IMG/VR virus record: IMGVR_UViG_3300045994_000055
Location: 70,352 to 134,351 of that record
Strand: one strand, 5' to 3'
Origin: a virus
DNA length: 64,000 bases
Shown piece by piece: positions 1-9,166 of the stretch; positions within the stretch are counted from its first letter, which is position 1; each line of letters starts with the position of its first letter. The position numbers were made by a program, and so were the translations under genes. A model generated the notes under the pieces. That model had not been told where the DNA came from, made no database searches, and was given only the letters and a program-made list of their open reading frames with translations.

Positions 1-2
1 AA

Positions 3-275
3 ACCCCGATTATTCCGCTGTGCGGCATAGGAAACAAGGGCTTATACTTGGATTCTCGCGGCAGGGTGTTCCCATGCTGCTGGGTAGCTAATCGATACGG
101 ACACAATTCCGAGTGGCAAGAGATTGCAAATAAGTTTGACTTGCATACTAGATCAATGCAGAATGTACTTGAAGATGCATTTTGGACTACTGAATTCCAA
201 GAGTTTAAGTGGCAAGAGTGCAAAACAAAATGCAGTAGCAAGGTTATGAATGAAAATTACGCTACTGCTTGGTGA
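3..275 (+). CDS. C-terminal part of a radical SAM/SPASM-domain protein (5' truncated by window edge)
   Basis: Frame is open from the left edge: ...PLCGIGNKGLYLDSRGRVFPCCW...WQECKTKC, a SPASM-like Cys pattern. Confidence 0.65.
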   Translation, partial: TPIIPLCGIGNKGLYLDSRGRVFPCCWVANRYGHNSEWQEIANKFDLHTRSMQNVLEDAFWTTEFQEFKWQECKTKCSSKVMNENYATAW

Positions 276-296
276 GGAGGATAACTATATGTACGC

Positions 297-725
297 ATGT
301 GGCATTATCTCAATGAAGAAGTTAAAGAAATCTCTGATGACGTAGTTGGATTCGTCTACCTCATTACTAACACCCTCACGGGTCGTAAGTATGTAGGTAA
401 GAAACTAGCTAAGTTTTCAAAGACTTCTTACAAAGTAGTTAAGTTGAAAAACGGTACGAAAAAGAAGAAAAAGATTCGAAGCAAGATCGATAGTAACTGG
501 AAAGAATACTATGGATCAAGCGTTGAATTGACTGCTGATGTTTTGAAATTTGGGGCGGATAACTTTAAACGAGAGATCCTACACTATTGCAAATCAAAAG
601 CAGCCTGCTCTTATATAGAAGCTCGTGAGCAATTCGAACGTAAAGTTTTGGAAAGCGACGACTACTATAACGGTCAGATATCATGCCGTATACATGGTTC
701 ACACATCAAGAACAAACTTTTATAA
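297..725 (+). CDS. Small GIY-YIG family nuclease
   Basis: GFVYLITNTLTGRKYVGKK motif, later YYGSS, E and YYN residues typical of GIY-YIG. Confidence 0.85.
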   Translation: MWHYLNEEVKEISDDVVGFVYLITNTLTGRKYVGKKLAKFSKTSYKVVKLKNGTKKKKKIRSKIDSNWKEYYGSSVELTADVLKFGADNFKREILHYCKSKAACSYIEAREQFERKVLESDDYYNGQISCRIHGSHIKNKLL

Positions 726-889
726 ACCTCAATAGACACAATGTCAAAACCGCATGGCCTTTCTAAAACGTATCATTATGGACACGCCCAGCTTTAAGCA
801 GGGCACTCAGTTTTCTAACTCGGCAATGGGTTACTAAGCGCCAATTATTCCCAGACCTTCTGTAACACTTTTAATTTTTAAATAAGCAG

Positions 890-1360
890 TTCAATAGCTC
901 GCACAGGCTAATTTCATGTGCCCTACGAAAAGAGGACGACGGCGTCACTCGGACGGGAATCACCTTGCTGCCAGGTGTGTTTAGTCACTATCCTTTACAG
1001 GACGACGATGGGATAAGCCTACTTACAACCCGTTTGACTATCCGAATTGAATTCTTATTTAAAAATTATCATTATGGCTAAATGTTTGCGGCACTGTGAA
1101 AAAGATACAACCGCAGCTTATAGAACGCAGAGTCCAACTGTGTCACTAGGGTTCCGTTACGGCGCGAGTAAGCAGCACTTACTTTTAAAAAATGCGTGTG
1201 AAGATGGAGTAGAGGGTACCGCGTAACCGCCCCCGTTTGTTATTGCCGACAAAATCTCTGTAATTTTGGATGACTCACTCACTCAGCGAAAGATAAAGTC
1301 ATGACTTCACCTGGAAATCAGGTGAAGTCTGACAAATCTATCTAGCGAAGGATATATCTG
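890..1360 (+). ncRNA. Candidate large structured non-coding RNA (boundaries approximate)
   Basis: ORF-free, TAAATA at 879-884 just upstream, many nested stems including TAGTCA 982-987/TGACTA 1035-1040 and a perfect 11-bp stem 1303-1313/1319-1329. Confidence 0.55.
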
Positions 1361-1548
1361 TTTAACAGCCGCATACCACATAACATTAAGTTCAATGAGT
1401 ATTACAGTTTTTAACGCTAATGTTAAGAAATAAGATACGAGCCGATAGGCGATGTATCGGACTTGTGTAACAAGTCCTTGAAGTAATCCCAAGTGACTCA
1501 CCTAGGTTACTAGTATATACTTGCTGGTTATAAATGGTATATCACGAG

Positions 1549-1704
1549 TTAAAAATACGGAAGCTTACTTGCCTTAGTAGTTTCAATATTTTCCTTAGCT
1601 ATCTCTCCGATTAGTTCACGCTCAACCATTCCGAGTTGAAGTATCTCAGGGTAGCTCATACCTCCACGCATTAACCAACACATGCGCAGTGCTTCTTTTT
1701 TCAT
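1549..1704 (-). CDS. gp51-like baseplate hub/tail assembly protein; frame stays open upstream to 1788, probably reached by -1 frameshift
   Basis: Translated by hand: MKKEALRMCWLMRGGMSYPEILQLGMVERELIGEIAKENIETTKASKLPYF; missing from ORF track (<60 aa). Confidence 0.7.
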   Translation of the reverse strand: MKKEALRMCWLMRGGMSYPEILQLGMVERELIGEIAKENIETTKASKLPYF

Positions 1705-1766
1705 GCCCTTAACTTGCCTTTCATAGGACTCTAAGAGTCCTATGACTTCTGCTTCGGTTTTAAGTG

Positions 1767-2618
1767 TTAAGAGCTTTTTCCGAAAAAACTTGCATAGTCA
1801 AATGTTAAGTCGATGTTATACGGCTTGCTGCATTCGTTACATTGAAGCTGCAATGGTTTCAATTTTGATACTTCATTGATTTGTGCGAGTCTCTCTTGTA
1901 TTGTGTGTATCACTGATGCGTCGGACTTTGTGTAAAATTCAGTTAAGAAGTCCATGTTGCTTACTCTCTCGTCACCGTCAATCTCAATGTACTCAGTGCT
2001 ATTAGCAATGGATCTAATTCCCAACTCAGTTAAACGTTTCATGCTTTCTTCAAGCAACTTAGCTTTTTCTTCAGATGGCGTTGCCTCTGGCATATTCAAC
2101 GCATTAACTAATCGCTCTTCTTCAAATCTCACGTTGTCGCCACGATTTGTGTTGAAGTACGACTGTGGCTTCAATTTGATTCTAAGTTTGCCGATAGCTA
2201 CTGCCTCTGTGAAATCAGGCTGTGCCAAGTTTTGCAGTTGAATAGTCAAATCAACCTCGTGCGTATTTTCCTCTTGACAATGCGGGCACCTGGAATCAAA
2301 TTCCATGTTATTACCAAATGATGCAATGCGCAATGCTATTAGCACAGTGTCCACGTCGATTGATGGCATATCCCATGCTGATGTGATGTTTGGAATGCAG
2401 CTTTGTATTACATTAACAATGCCCTGCCCGTTCATCAATGCATCAGGCGTTTTAAGCATGATTTCGTCGTTTAAACTCATTGGGTACACTGGTAAGTCGC
2501 CTGATTCAGTGAGATTTAACGAACCTTCCTTCCACCAGCGCCCATTAGACGGTAGCTTCAAGTAAATCACGGGTTGGCGGAAATACCCACTTAGTGGGTT
2601 GCGTTGGGTTGAATCCAT
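1767..2618 (-). CDS. gp26-like baseplate hub subunit/tail assembly chaperone
   Basis: LKLPSNG N-terminal motif, DVDTVLIALRIAS, two CxxC pairs, ends in FFGKSS; divergent from tape measure gene. Confidence 0.75.
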   Translation of the reverse strand: MDSTQRNPLSGYFRQPVIYLKLPSNGRWWKEGSLNLTESGDLPVYPMSLNDEIMLKTPDALMNGQGIVNVIQSCIPNITSAWDMPSIDVDTVLIALRIASFGNNMEFDSRCPHCQEENTHEVDLTIQLQNLAQPDFTEAVAIGKLRIKLKPQSYFNTNRGDNVRFEEERLVNALNMPEATPSEEKAKLLEESMKRLTELGIRSIANSTEYIEIDGDERVSNMDFLTEFYTKSDASVIHTIQERLAQINEVSKLKPLQLQCNECSKPYNIDLTFDYASFFGKSS

Positions 2619-2627
2619 GGTAGAAAT

Positions 2628-2660
2628 CCTATAAATAATCGATATACTCTTATTTATAGG
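2628..2660. promoter_or_regulatory. Two face-to-face T4-type late promoters forming an 11-bp inverted repeat
   Basis: CCTATAAATAA (2628-2638) and TTATTTATAGG (2650-2660); each contains TATAAATA. Confidence 0.7.
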
Positions 2661-2667
2661 GCCATGA

Positions 2668-5172
2668 ATGTCAGATATCGATTATGATAGATTAAGCGAA
2701 GCCGTCGCCAGAGCAATTGTGGCCGGCGGCTCAGGCAATGCTATTGATCCACGCAACACTGTGGGCTCGCGTAACGCTCATGCTGACGAAAAAGAGTGGG
2801 CTAGGATGATGGCAACCATTAAGAAAGCCCACACTGGCTTTGATAAATGGAACAACGTGCTAAAAAAGGGACAGTTACAATACGTAGATGTCACTGAACG
2901 ACTTAAAGAGCTAGACGATGAAATAGCAAACATTGACGAAAATCTATCCACATTTGAGGCAACAATTGCCAAGGGTGCATTGGAAGAGAAAAAAGCGGCA
3001 CTTATTAAAGCAGCGGCGGCACAAAATTTTTCGTCTGGGCTGTCCAATGCAATATCGTTAATACACAAGGGAGCGGATGGCGTTGGTAGACTTGGTATGT
3101 CAGCAGCATCGTCGGCTGGAACGTTGACAAAAAGTTTCCTTGACAGTGGGTCAGGTATAGGGTTAGCGACTGAAGCAATGACTGCTGGGATCGATTTAGC
3201 AGGTCAAGCCAGTGGTGCTGCTGGACAAGCAATAGGTGGAGTTGGCAACGCAATGACCCGCAGTAGTAATAAGTGGGTTAAAGGGTTGGGTATGGCCACT
3301 GAAGCCCTTGGTCCGTTTGTGGGTATGCTCGGCGAAGGTGCTTCCAAGTTATTAAAATTTGGTGTTGCGATTCTAGGTAAGGAAGTAGAGAAAACAGTTA
3401 AGGCATTCAATGATGCATCGTCCGTTGGTGCAATGTTTGGTGGTGGGCTGTCAGAGCTGCGCGATACTGCACTAAATGCAGGTTTGACTATGGACCAATT
3501 TGCAAACGTTTTGCAAAAACACTCAGCGGACTTAGCTGGGTCTGGTATGGGTGTTGCTGAAGGATCACGCCGTATGGGCGCAGCAATTAAAGCTGGTGGC
3601 ACTGAGATGAAAACTCAACTGCTAAATCTAGGATATAGCTTTGAGGAGCAGGCAGGATTAGTTGCGGAGACAATGAAGGACATGCGTGGCTCGGGTGGCC
3701 CGCTTCGTGCATCTAATGCACAAGTTGCAATTGAAACACAAAAGTATGCAGAAAATTTGCGCACAATAGCAGCTATCACTGGTGAAGATGGCAAAAAGCG
3801 CATGGAAGAAGCTCGAAACAAAGCTAACCAACTGGCGTTCCAACAAAAACTAGCAGGCATGGATGAGAAGCAACGGCGTGGTGTAGTTAATGCCATGGGG
3901 AATATGTCCGAGATTCAACAAAAGAATTTCATGGACATGGTTAACTTTGGGTCAGTCATTAACCAAGAAGGTGCCACCGCGGCCGCACTAAGTCCGGGGT
4001 TGAACGATAGCGTACAACAATTTACTGACTCATTTAAAAATGGTACATTGGATGAAATGGAAGCACGCCGCATTCAAGCAAACAATACTGATCAAATTAA
4101 AAAGGACATGTTAGATAACGTTGCCATTGGTCTTGCTGGTGCAGCGGGTGTTGGCGGGTTAGTGCAAAGTTTGTCTGAGAGTATGGGCACAGAGTTGCAA
4201 TTTAGAAATAAGTGGACAGAAGAAGCAATTAAGGCAGGAACTGAAGGTGTGCAAGCGCAAAAAACAACGCAAGACGAATTCACTGGTACTGTTCGTGATG
4301 TAGAAATCCAAATGCAAAGCTTTAAGGTACAATTGCAGACTCTAATTAATCCATTACTTGGTGAGTATACAAGGGTATTGGACGAGTCAATTCAAGCCAT
4401 GCAAAAACTAATAGACGAGGCAATACCAGATCACAAAAAGATGGGAAGCGAGTCTGGTTCATGGTGGTCTAAGAACGGTCGTGCAGCATTAGATTATGGC
4501 GGTACTGCACTTGGGACAGCTGGTGGTGCGCTTGCTGGTGGTCTTTCTAGCTTTGGTGTTGCTGCTATTCCAGGTGCAGTAATGGGTGGCCTAGGGGGTC
4601 ATGAAATAGGAAATTCTGTTGCTGATGCATTGGGCCTGCCACCTGCAGACAAAGGTAAAGCAGACGGTGGTATTGCATCTGGATCTAAACGCGGCTTTTT
4701 AGAAAAACTGCACGGTACAGAATTAGTAATTCCTTTGGATTCAGGTGGAAAGCTTAAAGCTGGTACACAAGGCTACGCTGATCTAATGACTGCATTACCA
4801 TCAGCAGAGCCACAAATGGCATCTATGCCAAATTTTGAAAACAAGAATTCTACGTCCATATCAAATAATATACAACCACCATCGGCTGATTTTAGCGGTA
4901 TAGTTGGTAGTATACAAGAAATGAGTGAGAAGTTTTCAATTGCGACTACATCGTCATTGGATAGCGCAATAGCTGCATTGACTAATAAACTATCTAGCAA
5001 AGAGTCTGCTGAATCCATAAACTTCCAAATCAAGTCTAACTCTGATTTAACAGAAGCATTGCAGAATTTGATTACTACTGCACGGGACCAACTCGAAAAG
5101 CAAGACGAGATGCTACGTGCAATGAATGACACGAAGGACTACACTGAAAGACTTTATAACGCAATGGCTTAA
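2668..5172 (+). CDS. Tape measure-like tail protein
   Basis: 834 aa, Ala/Gly-rich helical, hydrophobic Gly-rich segments, C-terminal ADGGIASG...LHGTELVIPL motif; next to gp26-like gene. Confidence 0.7.
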   Translation: MSDIDYDRLSEAVARAIVAGGSGNAIDPRNTVGSRNAHADEKEWARMMATIKKAHTGFDKWNNVLKKGQLQYVDVTERLKELDDEIANIDENLSTFEATIAKGALEEKKAALIKAAAAQNFSSGLSNAISLIHKGADGVGRLGMSAASSAGTLTKSFLDSGSGIGLATEAMTAGIDLAGQASGAAGQAIGGVGNAMTRSSNKWVKGLGMATEALGPFVGMLGEGASKLLKFGVAILGKEVEKTVKAFNDASSVGAMFGGGLSELRDTALNAGLTMDQFANVLQKHSADLAGSGMGVAEGSRRMGAAIKAGGTEMKTQLLNLGYSFEEQAGLVAETMKDMRGSGGPLRASNAQVAIETQKYAENLRTIAAITGEDGKKRMEEARNKANQLAFQQKLAGMDEKQRRGVVNAMGNMSEIQQKNFMDMVNFGSVINQEGATAAALSPGLNDSVQQFTDSFKNGTLDEMEARRIQANNTDQIKKDMLDNVAIGLAGAAGVGGLVQSLSESMGTELQFRNKWTEEAIKAGTEGVQAQKTTQDEFTGTVRDVEIQMQSFKVQLQTLINPLLGEYTRVLDESIQAMQKLIDEAIPDHKKMGSESGSWWSKNGRAALDYGGTALGTAGGALAGGLSSFGVAAIPGAVMGGLGGHEIGNSVADALGLPPADKGKADGGIASGSKRGFLEKLHGTELVIPLDSGGKLKAGTQGYADLMTALPSAEPQMASMPNFENKNSTSISNNIQPPSADFSGIVGSIQEMSEKFSIATTSSLDSAIAALTNKLSSKESAESINFQIKSNSDLTEALQNLITTARDQLEKQDEMLRAMNDTKDYTERLYNAMA

Positions 5173-5205
5173 CCGCTAAATACACAATATACTGGATTTT
5201 TATAA

Positions 5206-6927
5206 ATGTCTTGGAAAAAGTTTTTCAAAACCGCAAATGTACCGTCTAACCTGAGCCCATTGGGCAATGGTCAAGGCCGTATGGCTGATATGGGCTACCG
5301 TAATTACCAAAGTAATTTGCCCGAAGTCTACACTGGTCACCCAAACCGCACTGAACGTTACTCCCAATACGAACAAATGGATGGCGACTCTGAAGTTAAT
5401 GCAGCTTTGGATATTTTGGCCGAGTTCTGCACACAAAAGAACATGGAAAACAATACAGCGTTTTCCATTCACTTCAAAGACAAGCCAACAGACAATGAAG
5501 TAAACATCATCAAAGAGCAGCTACAGCAATGGGTTGCTCTTAACGAATTCAACAAGCGTATTTTTAAGATATTCCGTAACGTACTAAAGTACGGCGATCA
5601 AGTCTTTGTGCGCGATCCAGAAACATTCAAACTGTTCTGGACTGAAATGGGGAAGGTTACTAAAGTAATCGTTGACGAAGCTGCTGGAAAGAAACCGGAA
5701 CAATACCTAATTAAGGACATTAACCCGAACTTCCAAAATCTAACTGTAACCGCAGTTAGCACCGCGGATACGTACAGTAACAATCCTCAAAACGGTGGTG
5801 CAGGTGGCGGTGGCTATGTGCAAACCGGTGCCCCATTCTCTGGCGGTTCTAGATTTACGCACCAGACAAACGAAGCAGTTATCAACGCCGAACACATCGT
5901 GCATATTAGTCTGACAGAAGGTTTAGACGTGTTTTGGCCCTTCGGTACTAGCGTACTTGAAAACGTATTCAAAGTTTTCAAGCAGAAGGAATTGCTAGAG
6001 GATGCTATTATTATCTATCGTGTGCAACGTGCGCCTGAACGTCGTATTTTCAAGATTGACGTAGGTAACATGCCAACACACATGGCTATGGCATTCGTTG
6101 ACCGTGTTAAGAACGAAGTTTCTCAACGTAGAATTCCTACACAAACAGGTGGCAGCTCCAACATGATGGACGCTACATACAACCCATTAAGCACAAACGA
6201 AGACTTTTTCTTCCCTGTTACTGCTGATGGCCGTGGCTCTTCTGTTGAAGCATTAGCTGGCGGACAAAACTTAGGCGAAATTACAGACTTACGCTTCTTT
6301 ACGAACAAGCTATTCCGTGGTTTGCGTATCCCTTCTAGCTACTTGCCAACAGGTGTTGACGAGGGTTCCCAATCGTTTAGTGATGGTAAAGTAGGCACTG
6401 CTCTTATTCAAGAGTGGCGCTTTAACCAATACTGCAAGCGTCTACAAGCGATGATTGCAGACAAGCTAGACCAAGAATTTAAGATGTTTATGCGCTGGAG
6501 AGGCATTAACATTGACGGGTCATTATTTGATCTTATATTTGAAGAGCCACAAAACTTTGCTGGCTACGCACAAGCAGATGCCGACCAAGCACGTATTGGT
6601 ACATTCACTGCACTCGAAGCATTCCCATATTTCTCAAAGCGTTGGCTAATGAAACGCTACTTAGGCTTAACTGAGGAAGAGATGAATGAAAACGAACAGC
6701 AATGGAATGAAGAGCAAGGCGACGTTGAGTCTGCGCCAGCTGACGGTGCTGATTTACGTAGCGTTGGTGTTACTCCTGGTGGCATTTCCGGTGACTTAGA
6801 AAACCTAGCACCAATGCCAGGCGAAGAGGGTGCAGACCCAGCAGCTGGCGGTGCACCAGGTGCTCCTGCCGCTGGCGGCGGTATTCCGGGCGGTGGTGCT
6901 GGTGGACAGCCTGCCGCAGTTGGTTAA
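5206..6927 (+). CDS. gp20: Portal vertex protein (T4 gp20-like)
   Basis: LLEDAIIIYRVQRAPERRIFKIDVGNMP, EDFFFP, GGQNLGEITD motifs. Confidence 0.95.
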   Translation: MSWKKFFKTANVPSNLSPLGNGQGRMADMGYRNYQSNLPEVYTGHPNRTERYSQYEQMDGDSEVNAALDILAEFCTQKNMENNTAFSIHFKDKPTDNEVNIIKEQLQQWVALNEFNKRIFKIFRNVLKYGDQVFVRDPETFKLFWTEMGKVTKVIVDEAAGKKPEQYLIKDINPNFQNLTVTAVSTADTYSNNPQNGGAGGGGYVQTGAPFSGGSRFTHQTNEAVINAEHIVHISLTEGLDVFWPFGTSVLENVFKVFKQKELLEDAIIIYRVQRAPERRIFKIDVGNMPTHMAMAFVDRVKNEVSQRRIPTQTGGSSNMMDATYNPLSTNEDFFFPVTADGRGSSVEALAGGQNLGEITDLRFFTNKLFRGLRIPSSYLPTGVDEGSQSFSDGKVGTALIQEWRFNQYCKRLQAMIADKLDQEFKMFMRWRGINIDGSLFDLIFEEPQNFAGYAQADADQARIGTFTALEAFPYFSKRWLMKRYLGLTEEEMNENEQQWNEEQGDVESAPADGADLRSVGVTPGGISGDLENLAPMPGEEGADPAAGGAPGAPAAGGGIPGGGAGGQPAAVG

Positions 6928-6961
6928 TACAGACTAAACTAAATACAATAATAAGAAAAAT

Positions 6962-7204
6962 ATGTTTATAGCTGAACTTTTTGAACCTGCTGCTCCTGGT
7001 TATCGTGACGAAAACGATGACGGCTCTGTCATGAAATTACATGATATGCGCAAGACAAAGCTTACATTTGCACACATCAACAAGCTAAGACAAGCTAACG
7101 ATGTGCGTAAATTTGAGCACGAAGAGAAGCTAGAGCAAGTTAGTAAGCAGTATAAACCAGCCGCAGATCCAGGTGCAATGCCTGGTGGCGGCATGGGCAT
7201 TTAA
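6962..7204 (+). CDS. Small putative prohead protein
   Basis: Lies between portal and core genes, own TAAATA upstream, N-terminus MFIAELFE. Confidence 0.7.
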   Translation: MFIAELFEPAAPGYRDENDDGSVMKLHDMRKTKLTFAHINKLRQANDVRKFEHEEKLEQVSKQYKPAADPGAMPGGGMGI

Positions 7205-7214
7205 CAAAATATTA

Positions 7215-7243
7215 CGATTCCATTGCACACTCCAATGGAATCG
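7215..7243. other. 11-bp perfect hairpin with CACACTC loop
   Basis: CGATTCCATTG-CACACTC-CAATGGAATCG, no U tract. Confidence 0.7.
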
Positions 7244-7326
7244 CTCAATATCTGCCCATTACAAACACAAATACACGCATATATGTAAATAACATATAGC
7301 CATAATATTGAAAGGTAACCTTTAAC

Positions 7327-8499
7327 ATGAACAAGTATGAACAATTGATTGAGTACATCATCAATGACCAAGAAGACAAAGCTCGTGAATTATTTCACAG
7401 CATCGTTGTAGCCAAGAGCCGCGACATCTACGAAAGCTTGATGGACGAAACTGTTGACCAGTACGACCAACAAGGCGACTTAGTTGATGACGTAACTCGT
7501 GACGAAAACGGTGGTTTAGGCGAAGCTGACGACGAGTTCGGCGGCGAGATGGACGGCGACATGGGCGATGATGACGGCATGGGCGACGACGAGTTCGGCG
7601 GCGATGACATGGGCGGCGACGAGATGGGCGACGAATTTGGTGGTGACGATCTAGGCGATGACCTAGGTGGTGACGACATGGGCGGCGAAGGCGATATGTC
7701 CGCTAAGTTCCAAGATATCAAGTCTGCTATTGACGACTTAGAAGCTGAGTTTGCATCCATTATGGGTGGCGACGAAGGCATGGAAGGCGAAATGGGCGAC
7801 GGCGAAATTGAAGGCGGCGACGAGATGGCTGCTGACGACGCTGGTGAAGACTTTGGTGGCGCACCTGAAGAAGTTGGCGCTGAAGAAGAAGAGCCAATGG
7901 GCGAAAGCGCAAATCCTTTTGCTAAGTCTGGTAGCGGCAAGTCCGGTTCCGGTAAGGCATCTGGCTCTGGCAAGAAGGCTTCGGGTTCGGGCAAAGCAGC
8001 AAGCGGTTCTGGTAAAGCAGGCAGCGGTAATCCATTCGCTAAGAAGGGTTCCGGTTCTGGCGCTAAGACAGAAAGCCGTAAGTCCGCAGCAGAATTAATG
8101 CGCGAATACGTTGAGAAGATTTCCGACGGCCACGGTCCTGAAAAGCACGGTGAAGCTGAAGGCAATGAAGTCGGCAGCGATCGTAAGAGCTTCCCAGTAA
8201 ACAAGACAACTCCTGTTGCAGGTAAGAACGATATGGGCGGCACTGCTTCCAATATCCTTTCCGGCAAGGGCAATGACACAAGCGACAAAGACGGTCAAAC
8301 ATCCAAGGCTAAAGCAGGCGGCTTCATGAAGGCTCCTGTTGCTATCCCTGGTTCTGAACGTAACGTTAACAAGGTAGGCGGTAACGCTGGTGCCCAACAA
8401 TTCTTTAAGACCAAGGAAAAGGCTAAAGAAGCTGAAGGTAGCACTACTAAGGACTCCGTACCAGTTAGCAAAGATAGCTTAGGCTACGCTAAGAAGTAA
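7327..8499 (+). CDS. Prohead core protein, acidic and low complexity
   Basis: Upstream of protease; D/G/M-rich acidic repeats followed by a KSGSG-rich basic tract. Confidence 0.75.
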   Translation: MNKYEQLIEYIINDQEDKARELFHSIVVAKSRDIYESLMDETVDQYDQQGDLVDDVTRDENGGLGEADDEFGGEMDGDMGDDDGMGDDEFGGDDMGGDEMGDEFGGDDLGDDLGGDDMGGEGDMSAKFQDIKSAIDDLEAEFASIMGGDEGMEGEMGDGEIEGGDEMAADDAGEDFGGAPEEVGAEEEEPMGESANPFAKSGSGKSGSGKASGSGKKASGSGKAASGSGKAGSGNPFAKKGSGSGAKTESRKSAAELMREYVEKISDGHGPEKHGEAEGNEVGSDRKSFPVNKTTPVAGKNDMGGTASNILSGKGNDTSDKDGQTSKAKAGGFMKAPVAIPGSERNVNKVGGNAGAQQFFKTKEKAKEAEGSTTKDSVPVSKDSLGYAKK

Positions 8500-8512
8500 T
8501 TAGGTCAATATT

Positions 8513-9151
8513 ATGGCTTTGTACCTAAAAGAGAACTTAACTTTTGACCGAGCAGGTCTTACGATTCTATCGGAAGACGCTGCTGACGGAAAAGGCAAGA
8601 ATCTCTATATGAAGGGGATATTCATCGAGGGAGGTGTGAAGAACGCTAACCAACGTGTTTATCCTGTTCACGAAATAGAACGAGCTGTTGGGACCATCAA
8701 TGAACAAATCAAGGGCGGCTACTCCGTTTTAGGCGAAGTAGACCATCCGGACGATTTAAAGATCAACTTGGATCGCGTCTCCCACATGATTGAACAAATG
8801 TGGATGGACGGACCTTGCGGCCATGGTAAGTTGAAAATTCTTCCTACACCAATGGGCGAACTTGTTAAGTCAATGTTAGCTTCTGGTGTTAAGTTAGGTG
8901 TTTCATCCCGTGGATCTGGTAACGTGAATGAAGGCTCCGGGCATGTAAGCGAGTTTGAGATTGTTACAGTAGACATTGTTGCGCAACCAAGTGCACCACA
9001 TGCTTACCCAAAAGCAATCTACGAAAGCTTGATGAATATGCAAGGTGGCGCAAAACTTTTTGGGATTGCAAAAGAAGCGTCCCAGGATCAAAAAGTACAA
9101 CGGTACTTGAAAGAAGCCATTACCGGCTTTATCAAAGAATTAAAGAAATAA
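8513..9151 (+). CDS. gp21: Prohead protease (T4 gp21-like)
   Basis: KNANQRVYP, LGEVDHP, GVSSRGSG, DIVAQPSAP motifs. Confidence 0.95.
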   Translation: MALYLKENLTFDRAGLTILSEDAADGKGKNLYMKGIFIEGGVKNANQRVYPVHEIERAVGTINEQIKGGYSVLGEVDHPDDLKINLDRVSHMIEQMWMDGPCGHGKLKILPTPMGELVKSMLASGVKLGVSSRGSGNVNEGSGHVSEFEIVTVDIVAQPSAPHAYPKAIYESLMNMQGGAKLFGIAKEASQDQKVQRYLKEAITGFIKELKK

Positions 9152-9166
9152 AACGGAGAAACCCTA

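Noticed and set aside
1307-1501. 64-aa minus-strand ORF in the left intergenic region
   Set aside because: No RBS or motif, and it overlaps the strong hairpin of the RNA candidate.
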